Below, one piece after another: positions 59,729 to 64,000 of a DNA stretch of 64,000 bases (position 1 is the first letter of the stretch; each line of letters opens with the position of its first letter). Position numbers and translations under genes: made by a program. Origin of the DNA: Anaerolineae bacterium (GTDB taxonomy: Bacteria > Chloroflexota > Anaerolineae > UBA1429); the NCBI GenBank assembly GCA_963675785.1, contig OY776562.1:448001-512000 (forward strand), written 5' to 3'. The notes under the pieces are model-generated. The model searched no databases and was not told the DNA's origin. It worked only from the letters and a program-made list of their open reading frames with translations.

Positions 59729-61057
59729 GTGTCAACCAAGACAGCTACCAAAAACGAGTACCAGGGGTACCTGCCCGCTGACAAACCGCCCTTTGGGCAG
59801 TTGGTCATCCTAGGTCTCCAGCATGTACTTACCATGCTTCCGGCCACGGTGCTTGTGGCTCTTCTCACAGGCTTTGATGTTGGCGTGACCTTGTTTGCCA
59901 GTGGTTTGGCGACGGTCGTGGCACTGCTTGGCTCAGGTATGCGCATTCCCCTTTATTATGGTTCCAGTTTTAGCTATATCGCAGCAGTTGTCGGCGTTGT
60001 TGGCGCGGAATGGGGCGGTATCCAGGTTGCCCAGGGCGGTATCATCGCTACTGCGGCAGTTTCGATCCTCGCTGGCCTGTTGATTCGCTGGTCTGGTAAA
60101 GAGGCGTTGGACCGCGTGTTGCCTCCGATTATCACCGGTACGGTAGCCATGGTTATTGGTCTTTCGCTGGCCAAGACCGCATTGGATAATTCGAGCGCTA
60201 ACTGGACCGTTGCTATCGTGACGCTGCTCGCCACCATCCTGTTCTCAGTCTATCTCAAGGGCAGGGGCTTTTGGGCTATGATCCCCATTCTACTTGGCGC
60301 CCTTGTTGGTTATGCTACTGCACTTGCTATGGGATTGGTCAGTTTTGATTCGGTTGGTTCGGCGGCCTGGGTGGCTATGCCCCAATTTACACTGCCTGTC
60401 TTCAAGTGGTCGGCTGTCGTGGCAATTGCCCCCATTGCTATTGCCACAATCCCAGAATCGACGGCTCACCTTTACCAGATTGGCCTGTATGTGGATCGCC
60501 TTGCTGATGATCTAAAGCGCGAGCGCCCGGGAATCAGCAAGCTCATCGGCCTGAACCTGATTCTCGACGGTGTGGGCGATGCTATCAATGGTTTCCTCGG
60601 TGGTTGCGCGGGCACGAACTATGGCGAAAATAACTCGCTCATGGCCATCACTCGCAACTACTCTGTGCCCGTTTTGATTGGCGCTGGCGTCATTGCTATG
60701 ATCTTGGGCTTTTCTGGCAAGCTGGCCGCTGTGGTCAATACCATGCCCACTGCCGTGGTAGGCGGCCTCTCGATTTATCTGTTCGGTATCATCGCCCTTC
60801 AAGGTGTGGCCATCATCCAGTCGGAGAAGGTGGATCTCTTTGACGCCCGCAATCTGGCCGTTGGTGCTGTGACCATGATCGTTGGCGTCGGTGGTTCTAT
60901 GTATGATGGCGGCATGATCCCCTTGAACGTGCCTGGCTTGAACTCCGTTTTCCCCGATGGCTTGCCAGCCATTGCTACGGCCGCTGTACTGGGTATTCTT
61001 TTGAATCTTGTCTTTATTATCTTTAACCCGGACAAGAAGAAAAAGGCCAAGGCCTAA
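59729..61057 (+). CDS. NCS2-family uracil/xanthine permease (UraA/PyrP-like)
   Basis: GLQH, YYGSSFSYI, LPPIITG, TNYGENN; GTG start behind GGAGG. Confidence 0.9.
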   Translation: MSTKTATKNEYQGYLPADKPPFGQLVILGLQHVLTMLPATVLVALLTGFDVGVTLFASGLATVVALLGSGMRIPLYYGSSFSYIAAVVGVVGAEWGGIQVAQGGIIATAAVSILAGLLIRWSGKEALDRVLPPIITGTVAMVIGLSLAKTALDNSSANWTVAIVTLLATILFSVYLKGRGFWAMIPILLGALVGYATALAMGLVSFDSVGSAAWVAMPQFTLPVFKWSAVVAIAPIAIATIPESTAHLYQIGLYVDRLADDLKRERPGISKLIGLNLILDGVGDAINGFLGGCAGTNYGENNSLMAITRNYSVPVLIGAGVIAMILGFSGKLAAVVNTMPTAVVGGLSIYLFGIIALQGVAIIQSEKVDLFDARNLAVGAVTMIVGVGGSMYDGGMIPLNVPGLNSVFPDGLPAIATAAVLGILLNLVFIIFNPDKKKKAKA

Positions 61058-61071
61058 TCTATTGTTTTACC

Positions 61072-61099
61072 GAGAGGCCCGCATGCGTGCGGGCCTCTC
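61072..61099 (+). terminator. Hairpin terminator
   Basis: GAGAGGCCCGCA/TGCGGGCCTCTC. Confidence 0.65.
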
Positions 61100-61166
61100 T
61101 CTGTTTGACAGTACAAGGCAATGGCGGTAGCCTTGGGTGTTGTTTATAGAACGGATGAAAAAGATA

Positions 61167-62186
61167 ATGACAGAACGATCCTTTTTGCCCACGGGCAAGT
61201 TGCCCATGGAATTCCTCTCGACAATGCTCGATTCTTGCTTGGCCGATGATCCACGCCTGATTGCGGGGCCTTGCGTCGGCGAAGATGTAGCTGTGATCGA
61301 CATGGGCGATCGCTATCTCGTCGTCAAGACCGATCCCATTACCTTTGCCACAGATGAAATCGGTTGGTATGCCGTCCACGTCAATGCCAACGATATTGCT
61401 ACTAGCGGTGGCGTGCCACGGTGGATGTTGGCCACTGTTCTTTTGCCAGAGGGGCGCACCACAGAAGAGGATGTGAGCAAGATATTCGCCCAGCTCAACG
61501 AGGCTTGCTGCGGCCTGGGCGTTACACTGGTTGGCGGCCATACTGAGGTGACAGCCGATCTTGTTCACCCTATTGTGGTGGGCGTGATGGTGGGTGAAGT
61601 AGCCAAAGATGCGCTGCTTACCACGGCGGGCGCCTGCGCAGGCGATCGGCTTTTGGTGGCCGGTAGTGTGCCCATCGAGGCGACGGCGCTGCTGGCGCGG
61701 GAATGCCACCAGGATTTATTGGAACGGGGCTATACGGAAGAATGGATTGCCCGTGCTGCCAGTATGTTGCATGATCCGGGCATCAGCGTCGTGCGCGTTG
61801 CTGAGGCCGTGCGAGGCGTGCAGGGTGTACACAGTATGCACGATCCCACTGAGGGCGGCCTGGCTACGGGAATTCACGAGATGGCCTATGCCTCTGGTAA
61901 CGGTGCCCTTGTGGATGACACGGCAATTCCCTATTCACCCGAGGGGTTGGCGCTTTGTAAAGAATATGACCTTGATCCATTAGGTGCTATTGCCAGTGGG
62001 GCTCTTTTGATCGCTGCTGCGCCTGAGAGCGTTTCTGGAGTTATTGCTGCCTGTGCTGCCATTGGCGTGGGGTGTGCCGATATTGGTGAGTTGACTGAGG
62101 AGCAGGGCTGCATTTGGCTGCTGCGCAATGGCGAGCGCCTGCCCATGCCGCGCTACGATAGTGATGAGGTCACACGCGTTCTGTAG
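61167..62186 (+). CDS. AIR synthase-related (PurM/HypE-like) protein
   Basis: GKLP, GEDVAV, TDPIT, NANDIA, GGHTEVT, MHDPTEGG. Confidence 0.88.
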   Translation: MTERSFLPTGKLPMEFLSTMLDSCLADDPRLIAGPCVGEDVAVIDMGDRYLVVKTDPITFATDEIGWYAVHVNANDIATSGGVPRWMLATVLLPEGRTTEEDVSKIFAQLNEACCGLGVTLVGGHTEVTADLVHPIVVGVMVGEVAKDALLTTAGACAGDRLLVAGSVPIEATALLARECHQDLLERGYTEEWIARAASMLHDPGISVVRVAEAVRGVQGVHSMHDPTEGGLATGIHEMAYASGNGALVDDTAIPYSPEGLALCKEYDLDPLGAIASGALLIAAAPESVSGVIAACAAIGVGCADIGELTEEQGCIWLLRNGERLPMPRYDSDEVTRVL

Positions 62187-62196
62187 GATCAGGCTT

Positions 62197-64000
62197 TTAT
62201 TGCGCTTGTGATTTGACCGCGGTTTTAGTTAGGGCGTGCGCCAGAGCTTGTTGTTCTTCTGGCGTTGTTACTTGCTGATCCAGTAGGGCATCCCGAATGC
62301 GCCCCAGGATGATGCCATATACCGGCCCGGGTTTAATGCCCAGCCCCTGTAAATAGTGGCCGTCTACCACCGGTTCTACATCCCCCAGCTCTTTTTCATA
62401 CAGGTTCAGGCGCTCTTGCACCACGCTAGAATCGCACAGGGCCGAGATGACGAACCGTGCTTCTTGTGAAAAGGGTTGCAATAAGTGATAGATCTGGCTG
62501 CGCAGGAGCACGTCCGCCTGCAGCATATCCAACTCGTCTCGCAGCTCGGAAACTTGGTGCAGTAACTGCAGGTCGCGCTGTGAGATATGCAATCTTTGTG
62601 AAACCTCTCCCAATTCATTCCGATCGAGACTGCTAGTGAACAGCGCCAGGTAGCTCAACGCCAAAGAGGGGGGGCCTTCTATGGCGCTTCCGTCATTTGG
62701 TTTGGCGCTCAGGCTGGCTCCCATTCCGGGGTGGGTGCTCGGTTCCATGTAGTCTGTCTTGGCAAACACTTGCCTGAGTCTGGCAAACATCTCACTTTGT
62801 TCATGGCTCCAAGTGAGGCTGGGATGAATGCGGGCCAGCACGCCAAGTCGGTGCAGCCGTACTAGCGCCATCTCGGGCTTTTTCTCTCCCAAGATGAGAT
62901 AGAGCTCGTGGCGCAAGCGCTCTCCACTCACATCGTCGATCAAGTCCAATGCATCCGAAATGAGTTCTTCGCTGCGCTCTTCGATCTCAAATCCCAAGCG
63001 TTGTTCAAAGCGCACTGCACGCAAGATGCGCGTGGGGTCTTCTACAAAGCTAAGGCTGTGCAGCACGCGGATGCGCCGATTACGGATATCGCGCAGGCCG
63101 CTGTAATAGTCCAATAGCTCGCCGTAACGATCCCGATCCAGGCAGATGGCCATGGTGTTGATGGTGAAATCGCGCCGATAGAGGTCTTGTTTGATCGAAC
63201 TGTATTCCACACGAGGCAGCTCGGTAGGACGCTCGTAGAATTCGGTGCGGGCTGTCACAAAATCAAGCGATTCGGGCACGCCTTTTGCTCGGTTACCGTC
63301 GAGAATGACTTTGGCGGTGCCAAAGCGCGAATGGGTGCGAATGCGGGCGTCAAGCTTTTTCCCCAGGCGTCGGGCCATGGCAATGGCATCGCCTTCTACC
63401 ACCAAATCCAGATCGAGTGTGGGGGCACCGAGAACAAGATCGCGAACAAAGCCGCCTACGATGTACAACGAATAGCCCATATCATTGGCCGTATTGCGCG
63501 CCTCAACTAGCAGGTCGGCCAGAGCAGGGGGCAGCGCCTCGTCCAGCTTTTCTCGTAGACTCGCACCCTTGCCGCCATTCAATTCCGGGGCCTGCAGTTT
63601 GATGAGATCGGTGCGGGTAACGATGCCCGCAAAATGGCCATTTTGTACCACCGGCACCTGGCCCAGGTTGTGCTCTAGCATGATGTCGCGGACTATGTCG
63701 ATGGTGTCCTGCGGTTCGACATAGATGGGGCCGGTGTGGATAAAGCGTTCCAGCACCAGATCGGTTAGGCCATGATGGACGGCTCGGTCGATATCGCTAC
63801 GGGTAAGGATGCCAACCAGTTGATCACCGCGAACGACTGGGAAACCCTCATGGCCGTAACGACGCATGAGGGCGACGGCCTGCCCGACAGTCATATCTGG
63901 CGAAAGGGTGTGTACATTGGTGGACATAATGCTTGCCACAGAAAGCGGCGGCTCCACACGGGCCTCTAGGGCGTCGTTCAGGTGTTCTTCCACTTTGGTG
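62197..64000 (-). CDS. CBS-domain tRNA nucleotidyltransferase (probably A-adding DHH-CBS type; 5' end probably outside window)
   Basis: CBS pair, GGFVRD, DLDLV, RRDFTIN, EDPTRILRA; frame is open to the window edge. Confidence 0.9.
   Translation of the reverse strand, partial: TKVEEHLNDALEARVEPPLSVASIMSTNVHTLSPDMTVGQAVALMRRYGHEGFPVVRGDQLVGILTRSDIDRAVHHGLTDLVLERFIHTGPIYVEPQDTIDIVRDIMLEHNLGQVPVVQNGHFAGIVTRTDLIKLQAPELNGGKGASLREKLDEALPPALADLLVEARNTANDMGYSLYIVGGFVRDLVLGAPTLDLDLVVEGDAIAMARRLGKKLDARIRTHSRFGTAKVILDGNRAKGVPESLDFVTARTEFYERPTELPRVEYSSIKQDLYRRDFTINTMAICLDRDRYGELLDYYSGLRDIRNRRIRVLHSLSFVEDPTRILRAVRFEQRLGFEIEERSEELISDALDLIDDVSGERLRHELYLILGEKKPEMALVRLHRLGVLARIHPSLTWSHEQSEMFARLRQVFAKTDYMEPSTHPGMGASLSAKPNDGSAIEGPPSLALSYLALFTSSLDRNELGEVSQRLHISQRDLQLLHQVSELRDELDMLQADVLLRSQIYHLLQPFSQEARFVISALCDSSVVQERLNLYEKELGDVEPVVDGHYLQGLGIKPGPVYGIILGRIRDALLDQQVTTPEEQQALAHALTKTAVKSQAQ

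Overview
This is a gene-dense, roughly 55% GC bacterial chromosome segment. Its gene style (short EF-Ts, peptidase-MA gene, ZAS anti-sigma, extended -10 promoters) suggests an anaerobic Chloroflexota/Anaerolineae-like organism; that is inference. It is mostly core genome: rpsB-tsf-pyrH-frr, mutM, prs, secA, thyX, ftsY, prfB (+1 frameshift), tex, lhr, pgk, pfkA, gpmA, rpiA, a tRNA nucleotidyltransferase and two tRNAs (Glu-CTC, Leu-CAA). No integrase, transposase, phage genes or CRISPR array were seen. Best leads: (1) a LacI-controlled hexuronate cluster, uxaE-uxuB-HAD-LarA-type epimerase-gnd-PPi-PFK, resembling the Thermotoga mannonate/gluconate route but with no gluconate kinase; (2) a five-gene operon mixing transcarboxylase-type subunits with a Na+-pump beta/gamma pair, where two subunits share a C-terminal WxxxGR tail; (3) two orphan OmpR-type regulators, the second a pseudo-receiver preceded by 11-bp-phased repeats; (4) an ECF promoter inside the 3' end of its sigma gene; (5) an unassigned structured leader with a terminator before a uracil/xanthine permease; (6) a PfkA and a Prs with altered active-site motifs. 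All calls come from reading motifs by eye; no searches were run.
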